Origin: Rhodosorus marinus CCMP1338
Taxonomy: Eukaryota; Plantae; Rhodophyta
Assembly: GCA_029953675.1 (NCBI GenBank)
Contig: JAMWBK010000005.1
Coordinates: 930,001 to 994,000, forward strand
DNA: 64,000 nucleotides
Direction of reading: 5' to 3'
Below the pieces are notes generated by a model. The model did no database searches. It saw only the letters and a list, made by a program, of their open reading frames with translations, and was not told where the DNA came from. Shown one piece after another: positions 14,601 to 25,918 of this stretch (position 1 is its first letter; every line of letters starts with the position of its first letter). A program made the translations under genes and the position numbers.

Positions 14601-17507
14601 GCAGGTACCTGCAGACTGCGACGTTTCCGCCCTCAAAGGTGACCTTATGGCTTTGCGGCAATGCCGATTCCGATGAGACGATAAGACTTCTAGAGAAATA
14701 CCTCGAATGGTTCCTGGAGAGTCAGGAAAAGGGATCTGCAGTTTTGTAAGCCTTGCGGTAGTGAATGTGGGCCTGATCTGAATCGGTTTGATGCTGAGAT
14801 ATGCTACTCGTTTTGACTTCCGTAGGAAAAGCGTTCGTTTTGGACTGTTAGGCGTTTTCGAAAGTGCTGAGGACCTGTTAAAGCGAATGGACATGCCAAA
14901 CTTCGATGGAGATGAGCTTACAAAGCTCGTGGACGATCTACTGACTCGCAGAGAGGGCTCAAGTGATATCAGAGCTCTACTAGAGGGGGCTGTGTGCGAG
15001 TCTTTCACTTCCAGCGTCTTCCTTTTGGTGAATGGCCGATACGTTGGTCATCAGGACGTCAAAGAGGCATTGGACTACGAGCTGATCGTCTACGGGGAGT
15101 TGGCCCTTACTGCGGAAGACGCTTTTGCGACGCTGAGTACAGTCTCAGGCACCACCTCGGATCAAATTCTGTTGGGCGCCAACTGCATTGGCTTGCTGCG
15201 CAAAGCTTGTGGGTCATTCAGTAAGGCTTCCGTGGATGTCGAGAACAAGGCAGTCTCGGACTTCGTTTTCCGAAGTAAGGAGACGGAAGATGAACCCTGG
15301 ATCCAAGCAACCGCGGTTGCATCGATAGCAAACCCGTTGAGTCCCTTGTGGCTACGGACGCTGGTGACCATGAGCGAGATGCTGCATGCACGCGTGTCGT
15401 TTCTTGCGTACCCCGGGGTACGGAAACCTCATGCCGTTTTGTCTCGAAAAGCGCTCTTGGATGATTGTACTAACTCCCACGGCCTTGGCGTTGTCATGTC
15501 AGGCGATCTATGAAGATGACGTCAACACGTTTGCCTTCTCACGACGTGTCGTAGCAACTGAGCCATCCTTTGACTCCCATGGGATTCGCTCCAGTTGGGC
15601 GGAGAGGGCGGTCTTCCACGATCTTCCCCAAGACAAGATTCTCACGGTCAGCATCGGTTCACCGAGAAACTGGCTCCTCGAGTCGCACGCTGCAGCTGTC
15701 GACATGGACAACATATATCTGTCGCTAATCCCAGATGAGCATCAGGTTTGCGCCACCCTCCCATCAAGATACGTGATAGATGGACAAATCCCCTCACTTA
15801 GATTGTCTACTTCGTCCCCCTCTTTTCTCTACGTCCGCAGCACCTGCACGCTGAGTACGCCCTAGACTCTATTATCGTGGATGGATCATGTGTTGATCGA
15901 CATCGTGAGTCCCTCACTCCTTCCAACATGTGTGAATATGCGAAAGTTGGTATGCAAGCTGGTTGCTCACAGAATACTGTTTCATGTCGTTTAGAACAAC
16001 CGCCGGCGGGCACGAAGCTGGAGCTTAGGCATACCGCAAAAGGCTCCGTGGTGGATACTTTGGTAATGGAGAACTTGGGATACTATCAGTTCAAAGTCTC
16101 GCATCCAGGCCTTTGGCATTTATCGCTGGCTGGGAAGGCGGCGTCAATATTTGAACTAGACCAGTACGCGGACGGGCGTGGAGCTATTGATTTGAACGGG
16201 AAAGATAGCTTGATGGTTCACGTGGACAACCTCAAGGATGTGGAAGGGAACATGCTAAAACTGTCGAGAAAGAAGGGTATGGAGGAGGCGAGCATCGTCG
16301 AATCCCGGGAAGAGCAGAAGGCTGCGCGAGAAGATACCTGCTCAGCCAGCAGAGATTCATCGTGCGGTGCCGACGATGATACGATCAACGTTTTCTCTGT
16401 GGCCTCCGGACATCTTTACGAAAGATTTTTGAAGATTATGATTCTGTCCGTAACGAAGAATGCGTCCAAGCCGGTCAAGTTTTGGCTCCTGAAGAACTAC
16501 TTGTCGCCAGGGTTTAAGAGCATGCTTCCTCTTTTCGCAGCTGAGAGAGGTATACCTCTATTCAGTCGGTAGTGTTGGTTTGATTTCTTCACCTAGCTTC
16601 GTACCTCCGTCTAATGGGAAGTGCGTTTTACCCGTGCAGGCTTCAAGTATGAACTCGTAACGTACCGGTGGCCGGATTGGCTACGCGACCAGAAGGAAAA
16701 GCAGAGGACCCTATGGGGGTACAAGATTCTCTTCCTGGACGTCCTCTTTCCGTTGACTCTGAAGAGAGTGATATTCGTGGACTCCGATCAGGTCGTCCGA
16801 GGAGACTTGAAGGAGTTGCATGAAATGGACATCAACGGGGCGCCGTACGGGTATGCACCATTCTGTGACTCCCGGAAGGAAATCGATGGCTTCAGATTCT
16901 GGAAGTCCGGCTTTTGGAAGCAACACCTCGGAAACAAGCCCTATCATATATCGGCCTTGTACCTAGTAGACCTAGCTCGGTTTAGAGAAATCAGAGCTGG
17001 TGATAAGCTTAGACAGATATATCAGCAGCTAAGCGGTGATCCTCACAGCCTGTCCAACCTCGATCAGGACCTTCCCAACTATGCTTCATCCGGGCCAGCG
17101 GGTGATAGAGTCCCTCTGCATTCCCTTCCGAAGGTACGTTGCACGCGGCTCGAAGGCCACAGGTCATGGTACACTGAACCATTTGCTAAGGGATTACCCG
17201 TATTATGGATTGTCAGGAATGGCTTTGGTGTGAAACCTGGTGCGATGATGAAAGCAAGAAGAAGGCGAAAACAATTGACTTATGTAACAATCCGATGACG
17301 AAGGAACCAAAGCTGGATAGCGCTGCACGGATTATCGCTGAGTGGACCTCCTATGATAACGAGGCGACGAATATTACGGAACGAGCCTACGGGGAAATCC
17401 TTCAGGACGGTGAATCCAAAACAAGCGCCAGCGATCAAAGGGAGAACGAGAAGAGCGTCGTTGATGAATCAGCATCAGATGCCGAAGAAGTCAAGGAAGA
17501 GCTTTGA
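11652..17507 (+). CDS. UGGT: UDP-glucose:glycoprotein glucosyltransferase, multi-exon
   Basis: Signal peptide [19 protein letters not shown]; '[13 protein letters not shown]'; GT24 domain '[23 protein letters not shown]...[12 protein letters not shown]', '[14 protein letters not shown]...[10 protein letters not shown]', '[11 protein letters not shown]', '[16 protein letters not shown]'; ends KEEL*. Confidence 0.95.
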
Positions 17508-17641
17508 CAAGAACGGCTATCCCTAGATCCCTGCGGGTTCTCGGAAATCGCGAATGGTCCCAGTCTGAGACTGCTCTAGAGGGCTTCTATGAACGCCGAG
17601 GACTTCGGGGAACATAGGAGCTACGCTGAACAGAGCAGCGG

Positions 17642-18097
17642 TTAGAGGGTGCCATCTGCCACGAACGATCTCCATTCGCACCCGCGCAGACACGTTTGTC
17701 GATGGCTACCCGGATACTCCCCAAATGTACAGCCTCCGACATCGATGTCGATCCAATAATTCCAATTCGTCGGATGGCAGCATCTCAGACCAGAAATAAA
17801 CCTCGCCCATTTCAAGGAGTCATCACGTCCAAAATTGATCAAAAGCCAAGGGGAACCGGACTCCCTCGCCTTGGAAGATTGAAAACTTGACCGATGACGA
17901 AAATTGGGCTCAGTCGTAGCCTTGACCGGTAACTATCAATCGTCGTTGCTCACCGCCTCAGCTAAGTTGACCTGACGGCTACGCACGACCCATCCCGTCT
18001 CCAGAAGCTGAGTCTGAGGCTCTATGAGTTGACCGAATTGTTCCAGCCCAGCCCGTGGACTGTCTTTTCCTGTCATTGCCAAAACCCTAGTCGTCAT
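17642..18097 (-). CDS. Putative 123-aa hypothetical protein (two exons: 18097-17954 and 17869-17642)
   Basis: ATG at 18097, a phase-0 GTGAGC donor at 17953, an 84-nt intron ending TTCCAAG, and an in-frame second exon. No recognised domain. Confidence 0.35.
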
Positions 18098-20312
18098 TTC
18101 CTGAGCAATTAAGACACCTCGTTCAACCTACTGGGTATTTTTATTTATTTTTCCAAGTACCTTTATAGAAAGCCCTTTGCAACCGCAAAATCTCATGGAC
18201 CGATTTTATCAACAAGCACAAAAACTACCATTATAAACGAAACGCATACCAAATCAGTTAGAAAAAATTACCGCGTCTCCACATACCCCCCCCTGACCAT
18301 TTTACATAGAAAATATCAGTTGCTACTAAACTTTTTTTAAAAGTAATTTAAAGATTTTTCTCGGTCGTGAGGATGCTAAACATCAATCAGTATACCCCCT
18401 GACTGGAAAACATGACTGATCAATACCGCATCCATTTTTAATTGAAAACAATATGTTGTCTTCGCACCTATAAAAAATACTGTAAATCATCATAAGCAAT
18501 TTTCGACTTAAAATTGTTTTCAAAAATTGAAATGTGGAGGTTAGCCTACGTGTCCTTCGATTTCGATAACTAAAGCTGCTGTTCCGTACTAATCAGTTGC
18601 TCGCTGTTCAATGTATTGAAGGAGCTGAGAGGTCGTCGGCTACTAGGAGGCCGGCTGGGAATATGAACCACTGTCCAGGACGGCTGTAGATATTGTCTTT
18701 GTTTGCGCTCGTCATCGAAGTCTTCGTATTCGTAGAAAGTTCTGGCTGTGGGTTTTTGTTTTTTTTTTGTTGGCTTTGGTGACCGTTTTCTGGATCGAGA
18801 AATGGCAAACTTGGACACGCTTTTCTCCTTTTTTCCTTGTGTTCTAGCGCTTTCATAGGCCCCTCCTTGTCCCTCATGGATTGCCCAAAGAAGTATTTTG
18901 GAGCTGAGGAGGGATACTCTCTCTCTCTCTCTCTCTCTTTCACATAGCTCAGTTTCCTTCCTCTCATAGCTGGTGGGCGGGCGCTCTTCGAGAATAATGG
19001 GAATCCTACCACACCGAGCTGTTGTCTCTAAATACACATATAGTGTTGTCGATTCATTGAGTTGGTGACAAGCAGGCAAGGAGCTATAGCGATAAGGTAA
19101 AACAAAACTGATATTGCTCTGGACAATGTTTCGATTTAACTAAGACAAGTCTTGCCCATTACAAATCCCGACCAAGAGCACCGCCCCTTCTCCTTCCATC
19201 CTTTGGCTATGTTCTTACTGACAACCGCGGAAATAGTTGGCGACGAAATCCCTTCCAAGACGAACAAAAACAATATTAAAAAAGCAAAAAAAAAGAGCTT
19301 ACAATCAAAAGTTTAATAAATAAAAGAACGAAACCTCCCCACACAAAATTCAAAAAAAATTTCCAAAACCCACAATGAAGTTATTTATCTAGAAATCACT
19401 AAAAACATCTACGAACTTTCAAAACCCTATTCATGTATTCAAATCAGATTTCCGAACAAAACCAAAATATTTTAACTATTAAATATATGTTTCCACCAAA
19501 TATACATAAATTATAACATATTCTCCCCAAAAACAAACACCAAACGAAAAAGACTTTCCTACCCCCCCCCCACCCCCCTTCTCCATAGAGCAGACTATTT
19601 TATTACCAAAAAACAAAAACAAAACCCGAAATCCATTTCTCCTCGTCTTGAGAAAGAAAAATGTATGAAGTTGTCAGATGGACAACGCAACACCCACTCT
19701 ATTCTCTCCCCTCCATGGACTAAAATTGACTAGACTCCAATCGAAATGTATCTAAAATATAGAATTACAAAAATAAAAAAGTTTTATATGATTGATATTC
19801 AATCTTTTTGGGTGCTCCCTCCCAAAAAGAGGGGTTGTTTCAACGTTTGGTCCGCGACTCTCTCTCGCTCTCTATCTTTTCCTGCTTTCCTGGAAAATGG
19901 ATGTCGGGGAGGGGGGGGGGGGAAGGGAGTGGTGGTCCTTTTGCACAAATTTGTCAGGTGAATTTTAGTGTTTTTTTTTGGTTGTTTTGTTTATTTTTTG
20001 GGTGGTGAGGGAGAGGGAGACTGGGAGCTGTGTGTTGTCGATATTGGTTTTGTTAGTAGGGAATGCTGATTATTAGTAGGGGAGTGAGTAGCACTGTTCA
20101 TGTCTGGACGGGCTTGGGGGGGTTGTGTGGTATTGGTTTTTTTTGTTTTTCTGCGGTCCTGTGCTCTCTCCCTTTTGTCTAGGTGATATAGGGGAGTGTG
20201 GTTCTTAGAGAGGAACCAACCTTGGGCCTGTGACTTCAGTTTGTTTTCTGCTTTTTGTTGGTTGGTTGCTGTGTGGGGACGGGTGTTGGTGTGTGTGTGA
20301 TAGAGAGGAGCG

Positions 20313-21307
20313 ATGAGGCGAGGAGTTTGTTTGAGCATTTTTCTAGCTTTTTCGCTGGTAGTTCTGGCTTCTGGGCTCGTCGTTGGGGGCGACAAGGCAG
20401 AGTCTAGATTGTCCGCGAAGCGAGTGGCCCTGAAGCAGTATGATGTCGTTCGTCAGACTACCGGAGGCACCTCGGGAGAAGCTGCTGAGGAGCCTGTGGA
20501 TTCGGCCGTAGAGTCAGGTGGGGAGACAGAAGTGGCAGATGAGGGCAGCGAAGATGACGGTGATGCCGCAGATGATATCGAAACAGGAGGTAGCGAGACC
20601 GACGATGATGATGAGGTTACTGACTCCTCTGAAGGGGACTTGGCTGATGATTCTGATGATGCAGAAGACGATACCGATGAGGATACCGATGATGATACCG
20701 ATGAGGATGACGATGATGGTGACGATAATGATGGCGATGATGGCAATGATGACGATGATGACGATGATGACGATGATGACGATGATGACGATGATGACGA
20801 TGATGACGATGATGACGATGATGACGATGATGACGATGATGACGATGATGACGATGATGACGATGATGACGATGATGACGATGATGACGATGATGACGAT
20901 GATGACGATGACATTGATGAGGACACCGATGCGAAAGAGTCTGACTCTCCAGACGATAACGAGGATGAAGACGATGAAGAGTCCACCGCAGAATACGAGG
21001 ACGAGGACGCGGACGATGGCAGCCCACAAGTTGAAGCTGCTGCTGCTGCCCCTAGTGCGACTCCAGCCCCAGACGAAGGTAAGCGGTTTCACCACGACGA
21101 ATCGCAGCACGCAGTACGGGACTGCGCATACGAGCATAGAAGCTAATAAACGTTTAACCATTTCCAGGGTCTGGCGCCTATGGAGTTAGCCCGTTGGCTG
21201 CATTGGCGGTGCTGGCAGTTGTTGTTGTACCGATCGTGGTCTATGCAGTTGTCAAATCAAGGTCTCCACAGGACCTAGTTCCCGTTGATGAATACGAGGA
21301 TATGTAA
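20313..21307 (+). CDS. Type-I membrane protein with Asp-rich ectodomain (exons 20313-21078 and 21168-21307)
   Basis: Signal peptide MRRGVCLSIFLAFSLVVLASG; D/E-rich region; an 89-nt intron (GTAAGC...GCTAAT...TTTCCAG); second exon gives TM 'PLAALAVLAVVVVPIVVYAVV' and tail 'KSRSPQDLVPVDEYEDM*'. Confidence 0.75.
20748..20912 (+). repeat. (GATGACGAT)n coding microsatellite encoding 55 consecutive Asp
   Basis: 165 nt of uninterrupted GAT/GAC codons with 9-bp periodicity, in frame with the ORF starting at 20313. Confidence 0.95.
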
Positions 21308-21595
21308 AACAATTCACTGCATGCGATCTGGAAGGGCCTGTCCGAAGGCGTCGAGTTCGGACACCCTGGCCCATCCAAAGGACCACGCTGTGTTTGAGCC
21401 AATTCGGGTGTTTCAGCTAGGTATCGACACAGTAGGGCACGGCTGACGTTGGACTTTTTGTTCCACTGCACATTAAACTGACTCTACCAAGAACCCCCGT
21501 GAAAGCACTGTGCAAAAGTGGCCGATTTTACGACTAGCTACAACTCGTTCTAAGCAGTTTCCCCTTTGGGGTTTTGCAACCAAACATATCTGAGG

Positions 21596-23049
21596 TTACT
21601 GGAACACATAAAATGTCAACGGACCTTCCATGCCATTAAAATTGTATCCTGAAGCCGCACACGTATATGCCCCCATGTCCTTCCACAATAGGAAGTCTCC
21701 AAGTTCCAGTTTCGGCAGTGGTATACTGCCATTCGGGGTGAGGTTGTCCAATCCATCACAAGTTGGCCCAAATACGATAGTGCCGTACTCGTGCTCGCCC
21801 CCTTTGACACTCGACGAAACAACGCGGAGAGGCTCTGCTTTCGGAACGACGTGGTCGTACAGTATGCAGTTGAAGGATCCGTAAACCCCGTCATCCACAT
21901 AGTACGTTTGTAGATTCTCCGGGTCCTTTGAGCCATCCCGTCTCGCGTAGATGCTGGTAAGCAGCGTATGCGTGGGAGCAGCAAAAAATCGACCGGGCTC
22001 CGCAATCACGTTGACGTGCCGCCCGATGCCGTCTTTTGCAAAATAGAAGCAAAGCGCTTGCCGGATCTTTGTAGCCATTTGCAGGTAGAGCTCGCTATCC
22101 AACTCACCGGGAAATCCTCCACCAATATCAAGAAGATTGAATTGGCTCATCCCAAGTCGGCGGGCTGCGTCGAAAACTGTCCTCGCATCTGCAATTGCCA
22201 GTTCGTACATGCATGGATCTGTGCATCCAGATCCAACGTGGAAGGAGACCCCCACGCAGTTCAGCTGCAGATTCTGAGCGTACTTCAATACCTGACCAGT
22301 GGAAAAAATAGCGGTTAGTAAAAATTGCCAGGGTCCGCCTCAGGAACCTCCGGGTGCCAATGATCGGTTTGTACCTCCTCTGCTCTCTTCGGAGCAAGTC
22401 CGAACTTCGCACTGAACCGACAAACGGAAGTGGAATCGTCAGTAGAGATGCGCAGGACGAGTTCCGCCTCTGGATAGAACTTCTTAATCTTGTCAAGTTC
22501 TGGTTCGTTATCAAAAGTCATCATTCTGATGCCGTGCTCTCTAGCCCACCGAATGTGATGTATCTTCTTACAGGGGTTTGCAAAGATGATTCGATCGCTA
22601 CTTATGCCCAATTTTATGATCGTGCGCATTTCGGAGAGCGATGCGCAGTCAAAATTGCAGCTCAGTTTGCCAAGAATGAACAGCAAGTTTGGATCCGGGT
22701 TGCATTTCACAGCGTAAAAAGGAGTAACCGATGGCAATTCTCGTGACCAGCGCTCATACTGATCATAGAGTCGACCCAGGTTGACCATGAAGAACGACTG
22801 AGAAAGTCCATGCTTTTTTATATGCATCATAGCAGCATCGTTCCTGTCCAGCGATGGTGGCAACTCTGTTATCCCGACGTCTCTGTCTCTCATCAAGTCA
22901 AGCACCACTCGGCGTCCGAGCGCCTCGCCTCGGCTTTCAACACGGTCATAATCTTTCGATCTTTCGTTCGATTCATCTCTAGTTGCGGAAAAGAATAACT
23001 CTCTGATTCCCGCAACAGGTCGTGAGAACACGAGTGTAGATTCCCCCAT
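21596..23049 (-). CDS. ODC1: Ornithine decarboxylase (exons 23049-22375 and 22291-21596; 456 aa)
   Basis: PFYAVKCN (PLP Lys), FDCAS, FHVGSG, LDIGGGF, EPGRF, FGPTCDGLD (catalytic Cys) and GAYT motifs. An 83-nt GTAC...CAG intron keeps the frame. First in-frame ATG at 23049. Confidence 0.93.
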
Positions 23050-23330
23050 CCAACAGCCCAAAGTAAGGATCAGACACTCAAAACAACAGCAGCAAGTTCC
23101 CAAATACCAATAATATAACCTCCTTCAGGAAGTTCAGGGCGCAATCTCGTCGCTCCGAAGCACGCCAGATGCCAGCGCAGAAACCACTGCTTGTTCTGGC
23201 CTCCAAAATCTGAACCCAAAGGAGTTGTTCAACTCCTCGGCGTGGGTGTTCGTCAAAAAAACAACGCTCTCGCCGCCCCGAACCCAGTCCTATTTGTACT
23301 CGCCCTTTCCCAAGTTCACCAGCAAAGTCC

Positions 23331-23390
23331 TCACCTCCACGGTGGCTCCCCCACCGCGGCTAATATTCCCCCTATCCGTGGTGAGAAAAG
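23331..23390 (-). promoter_or_regulatory. Candidate AUG-less upstream ORF ending in EPPWR* in the ODC leader
   Basis: Frame reads LFSPRIGGILAAVGEPPWR-TGA (stop 23333-23331). Near-cognate ATA (23375, 23366) and GTG (23354) codons are in frame. No ATG between 23648 and 23050. Confidence 0.6.
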
Positions 23391-23667
23391 CTAAACACAA
23401 AAGAAACCCCCCCCCCCAAAAAGGAAAAAAAGGGTATAAAACCAAAATCCTCCCCCGCTCCCCCTCCCCCTCCCCCAAAACGAAACAAGACTCTGGAACA
23501 AAAACCAAAAAAGAAAAAACCTGCCCGATCCCAAAAACAGATACAACACTCAGTTGTTAAAACTTCCCGCCCCTCCCGCCCCAAAAACCCTCCCCAACCC
23601 CACAATACTAAAACCCCTTACCGCTCCCACCTCCCTCCCCTCCCAAATCATCCAAACAAACTTCCCA

Positions 23668-23676
23668 CTATATATA
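23668..23676 (-). promoter_or_regulatory. Putative TATA box upstream of ODC
   Basis: TATATATAG on the minus strand within a G-rich region ~620 nt upstream of the ODC ATG. Confidence 0.35.
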
Positions 23677-25918
23677 CCTCCCGTCCTTCCACAAGGGCCC
23701 CCCCCCAAAAAAAAAGGAAAATATCCTCCCTCCTTAATTTCCAAATTCAATAAATCCTCTGCTCTCACCGCCGTCCAGAAAACACCCCCCGCAACTCAAA
23801 AGCGTTTTACATCCAGTAAAGATCGGGAAGGAGAGAGAGAGTGAGTGTCGTCTACCTTTCTGAAAATGGAACTCCAGCTTTTTGGGACAAAAAATCAATT
23901 TCTAATTAATTTCTTTCGGTGCTGTCACCGACGGTGGGTGGGGAAAGCTTTTGATACAGTTTTCAATGGTGGACAGGATTGACGCTGAATTCTGATACTT
24001 TTTAAACTGGTGATCTACTGTTTTGGAGTTTTTTATTGCGGGCTTTGATTTTGATGCTGACAACGATGGATTTTTTGTGTTGTTTTTTGCGGAAAAAAAT
24101 TCAGAGAAATCTATTTGGTGATTTGTGGAATGTAATCGATGGAATAAAATAGTTTTCCAGTATTTTTCGTCATGTTTTTATTGTAAAAATAAGCTAGAGG
24201 CGGAATTATTTTTATGCTAGATGTGTTTTTGTTTTGATATATTATGAAGTTTATTTATTATATACAGAGTAAAGTAGATGTTTTTTACGCTTGTGGATTG
24301 TTTAGTATGAGTGAATTGTTTTTAAAATTGTGTTGGGAGGGATTTTAAATATCTCGATTGGCGGAGGGCCCCATGGGGAGGACTGGATTGGGCAGAGTGA
24401 GGCTGCTGAGGGACAGGTCAGCCATGGACGGGCACCTCGTATACAAAGCAGTCCGGAGGTTGACCTCTAACAAAAGAAAGGATGAGCTGACTCCAGAAGC
24501 ACAGGTCACAGGACAGGAAATGTGTTTGATACGGCGGCATTGCATTCGCGGATAGGTCTTCGGCACACGAGCTGGGTGAGCTCTCAGGATTGGGATGAGA
24601 TGAGCTGCTTCTTTTTGAGGACAGGCTTGCGTTTGATCGTTGTGACTCGTTACGAGCTGACCTGCTAGAATTCACAGTGGTCATTGCTGTGCTGCATGGT
24701 TTGTCCTCTTTTGAATTGCCTCCACAGGCGGCGCCGGGATCTACGGGGCTACCGACGAGGGATCTAATGACCTTATGCTGCGCGCATAAATTAGGTGGGC
24801 AATCGGACTTGCCAAGCAATCGCACGGAACTTTGCTCGCGGATTGAGGGAGCTCGTAAAGTTTGCGATTCTGTAACTGGCGAGATTCAGAAAATGCCAAC
24901 AACTAGGTTCGCCAAAAACCGGATCAACTCGTCAGGTCTCTAACCAAGCAGCCAAGCTTAGGGTTGTTCGTCGACACTCGCGATGTGAGGGGCTCACAAG
25001 CGTCGTGGTAAAATGCACTTTTGAGAACGTATATGCGACAGCCCAGATATTTTGTCCAGTATCTGATGAATTCGATTTCCCAGCTTCAGGAATGTTCGCG
25101 CAACGCCAGCTCTGGAACGGCAAGGAAAAGTGAGACCATGCATGATTTTACAAGTATCATGTATGGACGGAAAGACAAGCCAAGGTTAAACACCGTTGGA
25201 TCCTCTCCGTCCTTTTTCCTTCAAACATGGAGTCAGAGGAGGGAATGCGCGTCCGTCATCTGAGTGAATCCGCCGGGTTGCAACCTCAGCTAACCACGCT
25301 CGGTATTCGATGAATTTTCATGCTCTTATTTTTCCTCACCGACTTTGATGGACGTTTACACTCTCCTCATAAGATCTACCATTAGAAGACATTACGGCCA
25401 GCTAAGGGCCCCATCCCGCAACCAACAAACCGACTTCAAAACCAACACTCCGTCGCACCCACAACCGACCGCAACTTGGGAGCCGAGGGGTTAGGGCAGG
25501 TGTTAATACTTTATTGGAAAAAAACAGATTTGCACAGTGTCGTGTCAAATTTTAATTTGTGTTCGCGTAATAATCTTAGCGAATTGGATGACGAATTGGT
25601 TTGGATCGGGCTGATATCTGCTTTTTTGTTTAGTTTTTTGAGTAAATCCTCAACTTTTCCTCGAAAAAAGATCGGAGCGCTAGGGTTTGGTTAGTATGGA
25701 GTAACTTTTGGGTAGTCGGAGGGGTTGGGAGGGAGATGGGAGAAGAGGGGAAGCATTGGTACCGTTTTGGGACATGTTATGAGTAGCTGGGAGGATAATC
25801 TGTTGTTACCTTGTTGGTTTTGCTTGTTCTCTTTTGTTTGATAAAGAGGGTGTCGTGATTTTTATTATTATTATCTTGGGGTGGTTTTCTGGGCCTAGTT
25901 TATTTTTTCGCGTTGATC

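Noticed and set aside
18570-19079. Overlapping minus-strand ORFs containing an (AG)n tract
   Set aside because: Low-complexity, two competing frames and no motif. A transcript is possible but coding cannot be supported.
20453-21189. Poly-Ser, (MMT)n, (IVI)n and (HHR)n ORFs
   Set aside because: These are alternative-frame or antisense readings of the Asp microsatellite. Only the Asp frame has a signal peptide and a TM exon.
21596-23049. Possible antizyme inhibitor (AZIN) rather than ODC, given the PPW uORF
   Set aside because: The PLP-binding Lys (AVKCN) and the catalytic Cys (GPTCD) are intact, so it is most likely an active ODC.
24372-24943. Possible gene with an in-frame TGA at 24596-24598 (selenoprotein or pseudogene)
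   Set aside because: No recognisable domain or SECIS, and no convincing splice model.
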